Below are positions 36,796 through 46,840 of a stretch of DNA of 64,000 nucleotides, piece by piece (positions within the stretch are counted from its first letter, which is position 1; the number at the start of each line of letters is the position of its first letter). Location of the stretch: assembly GCA_963555985.3 (NCBI GenBank), contig OY820591.1, positions 480,001 through 544,000 on the forward strand, written 5' to 3'. Both the position numbers and the translations under genes were made by a program. This DNA is from Dehalococcoidia bacterium (lineage in GTDB: Bacteria > Chloroflexota > Dehalococcoidia > Bin125). The notes beneath the pieces are model-generated. The model saw nothing but the letters and a program-made list of their open reading frames with translations, made no database searches and was not told the origin of the DNA.

Positions 36796-38529
36796 ATGAC
36801 CACCTGGACCAACCAACTCTACTTCGGCGACAACCTCAACGTCCTCCGCGAGCACATCCCCTCGGAGTCGGTCGACCTGATTTATCTCGACCCGCCGTTC
36901 AACTCCAACGCGACCTACAACGTGCTGTTCAAGGAGCGGTCGGGTGAGGATTCGGCGGCTCAGATTACGGCGTTCGACGACACCTGGCACTGGACCAGCG
37001 CATCCGAACTCGCCTTTCGGGAGGTGCTCGTCGACGGCCCCGACCAGTTGGGCAAGCTGCTCAAGGCGATGCGCGAGTTCCTCGGCCAGAACGACATGAT
37101 GGCCTATCTGACGATGATGGCGCAGCGGTTGGCGGAACTGCACCGGGTGCTCAAGCCGACGGGGAGCATCTATCTGCACTGCGACCCGACGGCGAGCCAT
37201 TATCTGAAGATGCTGATGGATGCTGTGTTCGGCCCGGAGAACTTCAAAACAGAAGTCGCTTGGAAACGAACGAGTGCTCATAGCGATACAAAGCAAGGCA
37301 GGCAACAGCACGGACGTATTCACGACCTATTGCTCTACTATGCCAAATCTGCTGAATGGACCTGGAATCCCATCTATACGGACTACGACCGAGAGTACGT
37401 TGAATCTGCCTACAGGCATGTCGAAGAGGGGATTGAGCGTCGATACCGGCAAGGAGACCTCACGGCCGCGAAGCCGGGTGGCGACACCTTGTATGAGTGG
37501 CGTGTCAAGCGACCGAAGGGTGGCGGTTGGACTGCGGATCTCGATGACGAATGGCAGAATCCGCTCGACGGATTCGAGTACAAAGGAGTGCCACCGTACT
37601 CGGGTCGGTACTGGGCGTACACCAGGGAGAACATGGTTCAATATGCGAAAGAAGGGAGACTCGTTTACTCTAGCACAGGGATGCCGAATTACAAACGTTA
37701 CCTGGATGAAATGCCAGGAGTTCCTTTGCAAGATTTCTGGTCAGACATAGGCCCTGTCGGATCCCGCGCCAAAGAGCGACTCGGCTACCCGACGCAGAAG
37801 CCCGAAGCGCTGCTTGAGCGCATCATCAACGCCAGTAGCAACGAGGGTGATGTGGTGCTCGATCCGTTCTGCGGTTGCGGTACCGCCGTCGCTGTAGCCG
37901 AGCGACTCAAGCGTCGTTGGATCGGGATCGATGTGACTCATATCGCGATCTCGCTGATGAAGCATCGGCTGCATGACACGTTCGGTACGGAACTGTCCGA
38001 CTACGCGGTTATCGGCCTGCCCGAGGATGTGGCCAGCGCCCGCGCGCTGGCGACCGAGAGCGAGCACGACGGGCGTTACCAGTTCGAGTACTGGGCGCTG
38101 GGGTTGGTCGATGCGCGTCCGGCGACGGGCAAGAAGGGCGCGGATTCCGGCGTGGACGGCTACATCAACTTCTTCGACGACCAAACGGACGAGGTCAGGC
38201 GGATCATCGTCCAGGTCAAGAGCGGCAAGGTGAATCGCGGCATGATCGCGACGCTGAAGGGCGACATGGAGCGCGAAGGGGCGGCGATCGGCATTTTCAT
38301 CACGCTCCAACCGCCGACCGAACCGATGAAGCAAGAAGCGCTTGGCGCGGGTTTCTACGAATCTGAGAGTCTGGCCGCCAATCAGTATCACAAGGTGCAA
38401 ATTCTGACGATTGAAGAGTTGCTGGAGGGCGCGCAGCCGGAGTACCCGCGCTTCCGCGGTCCGCAGACGTTCAGGCGCGCGCCGCGCCGAAGACGCCGCG
38501 AAGGTGTCCAACAAACCCTCGACACCTGA
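36796..38529 (+). CDS. N6/N4 DNA methyltransferase fused to C-terminal Mrr-like PD-(D/E)xK domain
   Basis: 'LYFGDNL', 'IYLDPPF', 'YPTQKPEALLERII', 'VLDPFCGCGT', 'GADSGVDG...IVQVKSG'; GGAG RBS before ATG 36796. Confidence 0.9.
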   Translation: MTTWTNQLYFGDNLNVLREHIPSESVDLIYLDPPFNSNATYNVLFKERSGEDSAAQITAFDDTWHWTSASELAFREVLVDGPDQLGKLLKAMREFLGQNDMMAYLTMMAQRLAELHRVLKPTGSIYLHCDPTASHYLKMLMDAVFGPENFKTEVAWKRTSAHSDTKQGRQQHGRIHDLLLYYAKSAEWTWNPIYTDYDREYVESAYRHVEEGIERRYRQGDLTAAKPGGDTLYEWRVKRPKGGGWTADLDDEWQNPLDGFEYKGVPPYSGRYWAYTRENMVQYAKEGRLVYSSTGMPNYKRYLDEMPGVPLQDFWSDIGPVGSRAKERLGYPTQKPEALLERIINASSNEGDVVLDPFCGCGTAVAVAERLKRRWIGIDVTHIAISLMKHRLHDTFGTELSDYAVIGLPEDVASARALATESEHDGRYQFEYWALGLVDARPATGKKGADSGVDGYINFFDDQTDEVRRIIVQVKSGKVNRGMIATLKGDMEREGAAIGIFITLQPPTEPMKQEALGAGFYESESLAANQYHKVQILTIEELLEGAQPEYPRFRGPQTFRRAPRRRRREGVQQTLDT

Positions 38530-38822
38530 ACCCACTCCCGGCTACAGTGAACCCAGAACAGGGGAGCAATGAACCCCGTGCCCCCTCGTACAGAACCGAA
38601 CGGAGCCGAACAAACCTGTACGCTCCGGACGCCGTTTTTTCTCACAGCGCCCAAAAGAAAAAAATCGCCCCGAACCCCAACGCCGATCACGAAACCCAGC
38701 AAAATACGGGGAATTCGCAAATCCACACGACATAACACCCTAGAGAAACCTGAACAAACCTAACCAAAACCTGAACATCCCATCCAACTCCCGCCGCGCG
38801 GACGCGGGTATGATCAGCGCCC

Positions 38823-39182
38823 ATGACCACGCACACCGACTACCAGATCGAGACCGCCGCCGAGTTTCTGATCAGGGCGCGCGTCTACCTGGCCGACGAC
38901 GACCGCTTGCAGGCGTCGGAGAAGGGCTGGAGAGCGGCGGCGCAGGCGGTCAAGGCGGTCGCGGAGGCGCGCGGCTGGGATCACAACGGTCATCGCCTGC
39001 TGCACCAGACGATCCGCCGTCTCGTCGAGGAGACCGGCCAAAGCGAGTTGCACGACCGCTTCAATGCGGCGAATACGCTCCACGCCAACTTCTACGACGG
39101 CTTTCTCGAAGCGGAAGACATCAGCGAAAATCTCGAACGTGTCGAGCGCCTCGTGGCACAGCTACGCCCGCTCGCATCCTGA
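38823..39182 (+). CDS. PaREP1 family (HEPN-like) protein
   Basis: 'QASEKGWRAAAQAVKAVA..RGW.H..H', 'ANTLHANFYDG'. Confidence 0.8.
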   Translation: MTTHTDYQIETAAEFLIRARVYLADDDRLQASEKGWRAAAQAVKAVAEARGWDHNGHRLLHQTIRRLVEETGQSELHDRFNAANTLHANFYDGFLEAEDISENLERVERLVAQLRPLAS

Positions 39183-39188
39183 GTCCCA

Positions 39189-40685
39189 TCAGCCCCGATA
39201 GGCCCGGTTCAGCGCCTGCCTCATCTGCAACGTCTGCGAGGCGGCGACGGCGTTCGACTTGCGGTACTCGTCCCAGCGCGCGCGCTCGCGGCGGGTCAGT
39301 TCGGGCCTCACCGAAGTCGGCACTCTGAGGCCGAGCAGCATCGAGGCGTAGCCGCTGTAGCCGAAGATGGTCGCGTTCGAGCTCAGCCGCGCCAGCAGCC
39401 TCGAGGGGCCGACCTCGGCGTAGCAATCGACCATCTCCTGAATCTGGCCCAGCGGCGACTCCGCGCGGCAGTGACGCCAGAAGGGCGTGTCTTGGTGCTC
39501 GTTGAACTTGTAGTGCAGCGCCAGAAAGTCGCGCACGTCGTCCCAGCTTGAGGCGAAGCGCTCGTTGAGCAGATAGCGCAGCGAGCCGCTGAGGATGCGG
39601 TCGGAGTCGGTCAGCGCCCAGGCCAGGTTGTAGAGCTGCTCGATGATCAGATGCAGCGAAGTCGCCTCCAGCGGCTCGACGAAGCCCGAAGCGTTGCCGA
39701 CCGCGACCACGTTCTCGACGATGTAGCGCTCGCGCCGCCCGCTGGGGAACTTGAGCAGGCGCAGCTCCGCGCCGGCAAGCTGGGGCTGGAGCGCGCGCAG
39801 CTCGAACTCCGCTTCCTCCTCCGAGCAGAACTGCGACGAATACACGTAGCCGCGCGTGACCACATCCTCAAAGTCAATCCGCCAGCACCAGCCGTGCTGC
39901 ATCGTCGTCATCGTCGTGTAGGGGCGAATCGTGTCGTCCTCGGGGAAGTCGGCGCGCGACCAGGAGCCGACCACGGCGCGGTCGCAGTAGAGCGCGTCGC
40001 GGTAGGAGCGGTACGGCTCCTCCAGCGTCTTGCCCAGCAGCAGCGAGCCGAAGCCCGAGCAGTCGACGAACAGGTCCGCCCCCAGTTCGCGCCCGCCGGC
40101 GAGCTTGAGCGACTTCACGCCGCCCGACTCGTTGCGCTCGACGCTGACTACCTGGTCGGCGATCAACTCTGCGCCCGAGGCGACCGACTTGCGCTCCAGG
40201 TAGTCGATGAAGGAGGCGTTGGGGATGTGGTAGGTCGCGCGCGGGTCGAGCGAGAGCCGGCCGTTGCGGAACGTCGCGGGCGAGCGGTCGCGGTCCATGA
40301 TCGCGTTGAACGCGCTCGCGTCGCGCATGTCGTGCAGGCAGTAGAAGGCGTTCCACTTGGGGAGTCCCTCGATCCGCTGGTCGAGGTACTTGTCGAAGGT
40401 GTAGTTGAAGTGGGGCACATCTCTCGCGCCCCACTCAAAGCGCAGGCCCAGCTTCCAGCTTGGGCGGACCTCCTTGTGGAACTCGTTGCGGTCGATGCCG
40501 AGGTGCTCGTGCAGATGGACAGGCACGGCCGGCGTGGTCGATTCGCCGACACCGATGATCGGGATATCGGGCGAGTGAACGACGGTCAGCTTGATCTGCG
40601 GGAGCATCCGCCGAAAGGTCAGGGCAGCGAGGAACCCGGCGCTGCCGCCGCCGACGACTACTGCGCTGCGAATCGGCTCAGGCAT
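39189..40685 (-). CDS. Flavin-dependent halogenase, tryptophan halogenase family
   Basis: 'VVGGGSAG', 'IGVGEST', Lys in 'WKLGLRFEW', 'FVDCSGF', 'GWCWRI' (WxWxI), 'GFVEPLEAT'. Confidence 0.9.
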   Translation of the reverse strand: MPEPIRSAVVVGGGSAGFLAALTFRRMLPQIKLTVVHSPDIPIIGVGESTTPAVPVHLHEHLGIDRNEFHKEVRPSWKLGLRFEWGARDVPHFNYTFDKYLDQRIEGLPKWNAFYCLHDMRDASAFNAIMDRDRSPATFRNGRLSLDPRATYHIPNASFIDYLERKSVASGAELIADQVVSVERNESGGVKSLKLAGGRELGADLFVDCSGFGSLLLGKTLEEPYRSYRDALYCDRAVVGSWSRADFPEDDTIRPYTTMTTMQHGWCWRIDFEDVVTRGYVYSSQFCSEEEAEFELRALQPQLAGAELRLLKFPSGRRERYIVENVVAVGNASGFVEPLEATSLHLIIEQLYNLAWALTDSDRILSGSLRYLLNERFASSWDDVRDFLALHYKFNEHQDTPFWRHCRAESPLGQIQEMVDCYAEVGPSRLLARLSSNATIFGYSGYASMLLGLRVPTSVRPELTRRERARWDEYRKSNAVAASQTLQMRQALNRAYRG

Positions 40686-40693
40686 CTGAGGTC

Positions 40694-41515
40694 TCAGGCG
40701 TTCGCTGCTTCAGTGACGGCCGCGGCGACTGTCTGGGCGTTGACGACGCCGTGTTCGAGGAAGTCGGTCACGACTCTCGCGTAGGCCGACGGGACCTCGC
40801 GGGGAACGCCGTGTCCGACGCGGCTGAAGACGTGCAGGGTGGCGTTGCCGAGGCGGGCGAAGTCCTTCAGGTTGGGCGTGAGCAGACCGTCGGCTGCGCC
40901 GGCGAGCAGCAGGGTGGGCGTCTGGATTTCTCCGAGGCGGTCGCCCTTGCGGTAGTTGACCATTGCGTCCCAACAACCGTCGTAGTGGCTCTCGGAGACG
41001 GAGAGTTGGCGGTCGACCTGAGCGGGCACGTCGGCGTGGGCCGACTCGCGCGGCACACCCGCCAATGATGTGCGAATCAGCAGGTCGCGCTCCTTATTCG
41101 CCCAACGTCGCCGCATTTCGGCGCGCGCGCCGGGCGGAAAGTCGATCCCGTCCGCCGGCGCCGGCGCCGACAACGACAGGCTCAGCAGTCGGTCGGGATA
41201 GGAGAGGCCGAGCTCGAAGCCGATTAAGCCGCCCATGCTCTGGCCGGCGTAGTGGAAGCGTTCGAGGCCGTGGTAGTCGGCCATACCGATCACATCGGCG
41301 GCGAGCTGCTCGATCGTGTAGCCGTCGTCGGGGTGGGCGGAGTCGCCTGCTCCGCGACAGTCCATTGCGATGCAGCGGTAGCGCTCGCTCATCCGCTCGA
41401 TCACGCCCGACCAGCCGTCGTGCGAGGCGGTGTAGCCGTGCTGAAAGATGATTGGCTCGCCAACGCCGGTGTCCTCGTAGTAGAGGTCGACGCCGTTGAC
41501 GTTTGCGATGGCCAT
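40694..41515 (-). CDS. Alpha/beta hydrolase
   Basis: 'FQHG', 'DCRGAGDS', nucleophile elbow 'GQSMGG', 'VGHG'. Confidence 0.9.
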   Translation of the reverse strand: MAIANVNGVDLYYEDTGVGEPIIFQHGYTASHDGWSGVIERMSERYRCIAMDCRGAGDSAHPDDGYTIEQLAADVIGMADYHGLERFHYAGQSMGGLIGFELGLSYPDRLLSLSLSAPAPADGIDFPPGARAEMRRRWANKERDLLIRTSLAGVPRESAHADVPAQVDRQLSVSESHYDGCWDAMVNYRKGDRLGEIQTPTLLLAGAADGLLTPNLKDFARLGNATLHVFSRVGHGVPREVPSAYARVVTDFLEHGVVNAQTVAAAVTEAANA

Positions 41516-41598
41516 GTGCCCTCCGTCCTTGTGTCACGTAGGGAGCAGGCTACCTCGCGACACCCCCGCTAACGCCGTTGTTGGCAATCGTCTCTTCG

Positions 41599-41829
41599 CT
41601 AGTCGCTGCCGGGGCCTGCGGAGGCAGAGATCAGCGCCTGCACCTCGGGAACCAGATCGCAGGGGACCAGCATCACCGAATAGCCCTCGTCCTCGTACGC
41701 CGCTTCTGCCTCAGCAATGGCTTCCTCATCGGTCTGCGAGTCGTAGTAGTCGATAACGGCGCGAATCCTCGACTCCGTCCAGCCTTCGGGGAGGTCAGGA
41801 GTTTGGGTGATCTCAGCGCTTGATGCCAT
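41599..41829 (-). CDS. Small acidic hypothetical protein, antitoxin-like
   Basis: 'LPEGWTESRIRAVIDYYDSQTDEEAIAEAEAA...VPCDLVPEVQALI'; fills the gap in the minus-strand run. Confidence 0.6.
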   Translation of the reverse strand: MASSAEITQTPDLPEGWTESRIRAVIDYYDSQTDEEAIAEAEAAYEDEGYSVMLVPCDLVPEVQALISASAGPGSD

Positions 41830-41869
41830 TGCCAACTCTCAGATCCGAAGCATTGCTGCCCGAGTTTAC

Positions 41870-42649
41870 TCACCTGGCCGTGTAGCCGCCGTCGACCGGC
41901 AGGGCGATGCCGTTGACGAAGCTGGCGTCGTCGGAGGCGAGGAAGGCGGCGGCGGCGGCGATCTCTTCGGGCTGTCCCAAGCGTCCCAGCGGATGCAGCG
42001 AGGCGAGGAACTCTTCGGCTCCTTCCATCTCGCGGATTTGGGCGGTCATCGGGGTGTGGATGTAGCCGGGGCAGATCGCGTTGACCCGTACGTTGCGCGG
42101 GCCGTAGGTGACGGCGAACTGGCGGGTGATGCCGACGACGCCGTGCTTGGCGGCGACGTATGCGCCCGCGCCCTCCTCCACCTCCAGGTCAAGGTCTCGT
42201 ATCGATGGGCTGCTGAGCAGGCCGTTGAGGCCGGCGATCGAGGCGGTGTTGATGATCGAGCCGCCGCCGCGCTCGGCCAGCATCGCGGCTCCGTGGAAGG
42301 TGCCGTAGTAGACGCCGCTGAGGTTGACGGAGATGGTCTGATCCCAGCCGTACTGGGCGCCGCCGATGCCGGCGTTGTTGAAGAGCACATCGAATCCGCC
42401 GAGCACCTGAACGGTCTGGGCCAGGGCGTCCTTGACCGCATCCTCGGAGGTGACGTCGAGTTCCATCGTGGCGGAGCGTCCGCCGTGTTCGGCGATTTGG
42501 GCGGCGGTCGTCTGCGCGCCCTCCGCATTGATGTCGGCGCACATCACGGCCGCGCCTTCGGAAGCCATGCGCAGGGCGGAGGCGCGCCCGATGCCCGAGC
42601 CTGCGCCGGTGATCAGGGCGACGCGCCCTTCGAGTCGATCGATTGCCAT
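41870..42649 (-). CDS. Short-chain dehydrogenase/reductase
   Basis: 'TGAGSGIG', 'NNAGI', 'YVAAK', 'VNAICPG', 'VDGG'. Confidence 0.93.
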   Translation of the reverse strand: MAIDRLEGRVALITGAGSGIGRASALRMASEGAAVMCADINAEGAQTTAAQIAEHGGRSATMELDVTSEDAVKDALAQTVQVLGGFDVLFNNAGIGGAQYGWDQTISVNLSGVYYGTFHGAAMLAERGGGSIINTASIAGLNGLLSSPSIRDLDLEVEEGAGAYVAAKHGVVGITRQFAVTYGPRNVRVNAICPGYIHTPMTAQIREMEGAEEFLASLHPLGRLGQPEEIAAAAAFLASDDASFVNGIALPVDGGYTAR

Positions 42650-42771
42650 CTCGTACTCCTGTCTGTGACTGAATGCGCGCAGGATAGAGCGAACCAGCGC
42701 GGCGCCGGGGCAGATTCGGTATCGCCGTTATCCTGTCACCGACAGCCTCACATTCACTGAAGGAGCGACTG

Positions 42772-43254
42772 ATGCCGATCGCTGCTGGAGACACCCTGCC
42801 CGACGTCAACGGGACCGTGATTGCGGACGGCCGACCGGGACCGGCCAACCTGCGCGAGCTGGTGGGCGACAAGAAGACCGTGATCTTCGGCGTGCCGGGC
42901 GCGTTCACGCCGACCTGCACGAACGATCATCTGCCGACCTTTGCCGTCGCCGCCGATCAGCTCAATGCGGCCGGGATTGAGCAGACGATCTGTATGTCGA
43001 CCAACGACATCTTCGTGCTTCAGGCCTGGAACGCGGCGCACGGGGCAGAGCACATTATGATGCTCGCCGACGGCTCGGGCGACATCACGCGGGCGCTGGA
43101 TATCGGACTGGATCTGAGCGGTCTGGGTCTGGGTTTCCGCTGCACCCGCTTCGCCATGCTGGTCGAGGGGGGCGTGGTCAAGGCCTTCCAGACGGAGCCG
43201 AATCCGGGCGCTTGCGCGATGACGTCGGCTGCCGCGATTCTTGAGCACGCTTAG
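42772..43254 (+). CDS. Peroxiredoxin, Prx5/redoxin type
   Basis: 'FGVPGAFTPTC..DHLP', 'NDIFV..AW', 'LADG', 'RFAMLV'. Confidence 0.92.
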   Translation: MPIAAGDTLPDVNGTVIADGRPGPANLRELVGDKKTVIFGVPGAFTPTCTNDHLPTFAVAADQLNAAGIEQTICMSTNDIFVLQAWNAAHGAEHIMMLADGSGDITRALDIGLDLSGLGLGFRCTRFAMLVEGGVVKAFQTEPNPGACAMTSAAAILEHA

Positions 43255-43272
43255 CCCGGCGATGGCCGACAG

Positions 43273-43818
43273 ATGGCGGACGGAGCCGATTCGGCAGGGC
43301 TGAAGGCGGCCGCGCTGGAGCGTCTGCGCCGGCGTGATGCGGCGGCGCTTGCCCGCTACTCCGGCGTGCGCAGCGTGCATGGCTATGAGGCCTCCTGGTT
43401 CAACAACGCTACCTTTCTCTTTCCGCTGGCGGCGGCGCTGATTGCGGGGATTGTGTGGCTGGCGGCGGGCAGCGGCGAAGCGGGCGGAGCGGCGATCTTC
43501 TTCCTGGTGGTGACGGCGGCGATGCTGCCGGTGGTGTTTCTGACCTGGCAGCGGACGACGACCGCGATCGTGGTGCATGAGGCGGGGGTGACGGCGCTGC
43601 ATCAGGGTTTGGAGCAGCAGACGATCACGTGGTCGGAGTTGCGGAGCGTGCGGCGGATGGAGACGATGGGGAACGTGCGCTGGTATCTGGACGGGCCGGG
43701 TGAGGAGCACATTGCGGTTGAGGGCGAGATTGGTGAGCGGGAGGCGCTGCTTGAGGCCGCGCGTGCGGGTTTGGCGGCGAAACGGGAGGATCAGCCGCCT
43801 GCGGGCGGGACGGGCTGA
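43273..43818 (+). CDS. Membrane protein with two TM helices and a bacterial PH-like domain
   Basis: Two hydrophobic segments followed by 'VVHEAGV...TITWSELRSV'. Confidence 0.65.
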   Translation: MADGADSAGLKAAALERLRRRDAAALARYSGVRSVHGYEASWFNNATFLFPLAAALIAGIVWLAAGSGEAGGAAIFFLVVTAAMLPVVFLTWQRTTTAIVVHEAGVTALHQGLEQQTITWSELRSVRRMETMGNVRWYLDGPGEEHIAVEGEIGEREALLEAARAGLAAKREDQPPAGGTG

Positions 43819-43845
43819 GCGCCCGGATTGAGCATGGGGCGGGAC
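43791..43845. repeat. 55-bp direct repeat copy C (att-like)
   Basis: tcagccgcctgcgggcgggacgggctgagcgcccggattgagcatggggcgggac; gap-free match to 46772 and 49863. Confidence 0.88.
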
Positions 43846-43859
43846 GATGGCTTCGGGGC

Positions 43860-46617
43860 TCAGGTGGAGGGGGCGTCTGAGGGGACTTGTTCGAGTTCGG
43901 GGGCGGTTTCGGGGACGACGATTGCGAACTCGGTGACGTAGGGGGTGAGGGCGCAGATTTGGTTGGGATCGTCGCTGGCGACCGGTTCGAGTCGCAGCCA
44001 GCGCCACTCCTTGTAGTCCCAGACGGCTACTTGCGCGTTGTCCGGCGCTTCATTGCGGGGCAGGCAGACCGTGAGCGGCGGGTCGAAGGGACGCTGGGCC
44101 AGGCGCACGCTGTTCATTCCTCGCTCCTCGAAGAAGTAGATGATCCAGAGATCGAGGTCGAAGATCGGGCTGGTGGGCACGGGGAAGTAGCGTTGTTCGC
44201 CCTCGGCGAAGCCGATCCGCGGGGTGTCGAGCCAACGGCGGAAGCGACGCTCCCACTCGTCCAGCGGGCCGGGCTTGGTCACGATGTAGGCGCCGACGGC
44301 GTTGTCCTGCACGTTCTGCGAGACGGCCTCATCCAGCGCGGGGAGCACGCCGTAGGTGAAGATCACGACGCCGCAGTTAGGGTTGCCGCTCTGCTCGCAG
44401 TCGTTCAGGCTCCGGGTCGGGAAGCGTAGGTCGACAGGCCCCCGCGTCGCGCCCTCGGCCCCGACTGCAGTGTCCGCGACGATCCGCGTCGGCGCGATCA
44501 GGCTGCGCAGCACGACCTCCACCGGCTCCTCTAGTTCGGCCTGCGTCTGATTGCCGCCCGGGACGATCGTCGTTCGTTTGACCGTCCAGGTCTCCGAGGG
44601 CAGCGATCCCGGCTCCGGCATCCGTCGGTCGGCGTCCCAGTCGTAGGTGGTCTCGCCGCTGCGCTTGGCCAGGATGTAGCTGTCCTTTTCGACCTCGTTC
44701 CCTTGATCATCCGTATCGATCCACTTGTCGAAGCGCATCATGAATTCGGGTGCCTGGTTCATTAGGAACTGGTCGGCCATACCTGCGTATCTGCGAATCG
44801 GGGGTAGCCAGCCCCAACTGAAGGTCGGCTCAGGCCCCAGGCCGTCGTCGTCCTGCAGCAGGTACTCGAAGATCAGCGTGTTGCTCTCGCTGCCGCTCAG
44901 GTACTTGGCCTTGACGATCTTCGTGGTCTGCTCGTCCTTCGATGTGCCGGTGGCGGTCAGGTAGGGCGCGCCGATCACCTTGACCGGCTGTTCGTAGGTG
45001 ACCGTGTAGCGGAAGCCGTTGGTCACGTTCGACTGAGCGACTGAGGTGATCTTGACGGGTAAGGTTACGTCTGCGTTGTAATCGTACTGTGCATACTGTG
45101 GATTGCCACAAATAACGGAGACAAAACCAAACGCGCCGCAAATGAATGAGTCGGTTGGCAGTTCGATCGCGTCGGATGTAACGGTCACCCAGCCGTTCGG
45201 GACCTTGTTGACGTCGTCCTGCGTCACCGTGTAGCGGAACTTGAAGATTTCGGAGGTCTGGCCCGACGAGCCGGTGTCACTATCGTAGGTCCCGTGGTAC
45301 ATCGCCTTGCGGGTGACTGATTCGGCGCCTTCGGTAATCTTGATCTCGATGTACGGCTTGTCGCCGCTGTACTTGATGTACGCGTTCGCGGTGAAGGCGA
45401 CGAAGACATCGATGGGGTAGTTCAACGTCCAGGTGCCGGTGGCGTGCATCGGGCTGGCGCGGCCCGCCTGCGGGATGCTCCCTTCGTAGGGGCTGTAGTG
45501 ATAGTTACCGAAGGAGACCCAGAGCACCCAGGGTCCGATTGGGTCGAGGTTTGTGCCCCCGCCCGAGTAGGTGGCCTCCCATCGCGGCACCTCGGGTGGT
45601 GTGGGGTTCTGCACAGCCGCGAAGCTGGAGTTGCCGCCTACGCCCCAGCTATCCGCCGTGACGCCGAGGGCCAGGGTGGCGCCGGCTGCGGTGCCGTAGG
45701 TGGGGGTGAACAAGACGCCCTTATGCACCCAGCCGTCGCGCGCCAGGCCGCTGTCCTGGAATTCGTGCTTGGTGGTGTAGTTGTAAAGGCTGCCGATGCT
45801 GCCGTTCACGGGGCCGCTGAAATCGCCCTTCGCGAAGTTGTGCGCATACAAGCCGGGGGCATGCACCCCGAGGTAGGTGAGCACATTGGTCGCCCCGGTC
45901 GCGTATTGCTCGCCGTAGAGCGGGTAGCGATCGTCGCGGTCGATCCAGTCGTTGCACTCAGTTCGTCCAGGCATGTAGGTTTCGAGCGCGCCGCGCACGT
46001 ACTGGGTGAGGCGGTACATGTCGGGTCGGTGCTTGATCTGGAAGTTGATCGTCGTCGCATCGCTCTGAACCGTCCCCGCCAGTGTGCGCAGTTCGAGCTG
46101 GTACTTCTTGTCGGGAAGCAACTGGCCGATGCGGATCGCGCTCTTGGTCCCGTAGTGGTGGAGCGTCACCAGCGAGTGATAGCGCGCGTAATCCTTGTCC
46201 TTGTTGGCTGGGTCGTTTGGATCCGGCCCAAAGGGCTCGTACTTCTCTGTCGTAGGAGCCCAGACGTAGATGCCTACGTCCCACGAGGCGCGGTAGACGC
46301 TGCCGTCCTCGTTCAGGACGCGAACGCGGTAGGCGGTCGCCGCCGGCGGGCCGGTGGGCGTGTCCCACATGAAGATCGCGCGGCCGCGAGGATCCCCAGT
46401 CAGGTAGGCAGGGCAGGCCTTCTCAGTGCTGCTGAGGTGCCTGAATCCGTGGATGCCCTGCTCGATCACTTCGAGGTTTTGGGGCGCGGCGGGCTTTTGG
46501 GCTTGGGCCGGGGCGATCAGGGCGAGGGCGCTGAGGACGGCGAGCAGGGCGCTCAGACTGAGCAGCCACAGAGGTGGTATTGCGCGGGGGGGGGGGGAGT
46601 TTTGACGTCACGCACAT
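43860..46617 (-). CDS. Large secreted/surface protein 1 (Fn3- and Ig-like segments); signal peptide out of frame with ATG at a C12 tract
   Basis: Main frame carries signal 'LWLLSLSALLAVLSALALIAPAQA' but has no ATG/GTG/TTG before it and an in-frame TGA upstream; ATG 46617 joins the frame if the tract is C11. Confidence 0.75.
46586..46597. repeat. G12 homopolymer (C12 on coding strand)
   Basis: Counted directly. Confidence 0.9.
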
Positions 46618-46771
46618 CGTCCCAAAGGTGACAGATCCAGATCAGACGCACATAGGATAGTGAAATATGCGACTGCGGATCGCCCGAAGATCGCGCTGGG
46701 CCAGCATTATGGCTGGGGGCAGGGTCGATTGAGCGACGATTCAGGGGAGATTGGGGGGCGGAACGTGACGG

Positions 46772-46826
46772 TTAGCCGCCTGCGGGAGGCCTCGGTTGCG
46801 TGCCCGGATTGAGCATGGGGCGGGAC
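46772..46826. repeat. 55-bp direct repeat copy B
   Basis: ttagccgcctgcgggaggcctcggttgcgtgcccggattgagcatggggcgggac. Confidence 0.88.
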
Positions 46827-46840
46827 GATGGCTTCGGGGC

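Noticed and set aside
46771-46826. 55-bp repeat as an integron attC site (begins GTTAGCC)
   Set aside because: No inverse core or extended palindrome, copy C lacks GTT, no intI is present, and the repeat is explained as a gene 3' end.
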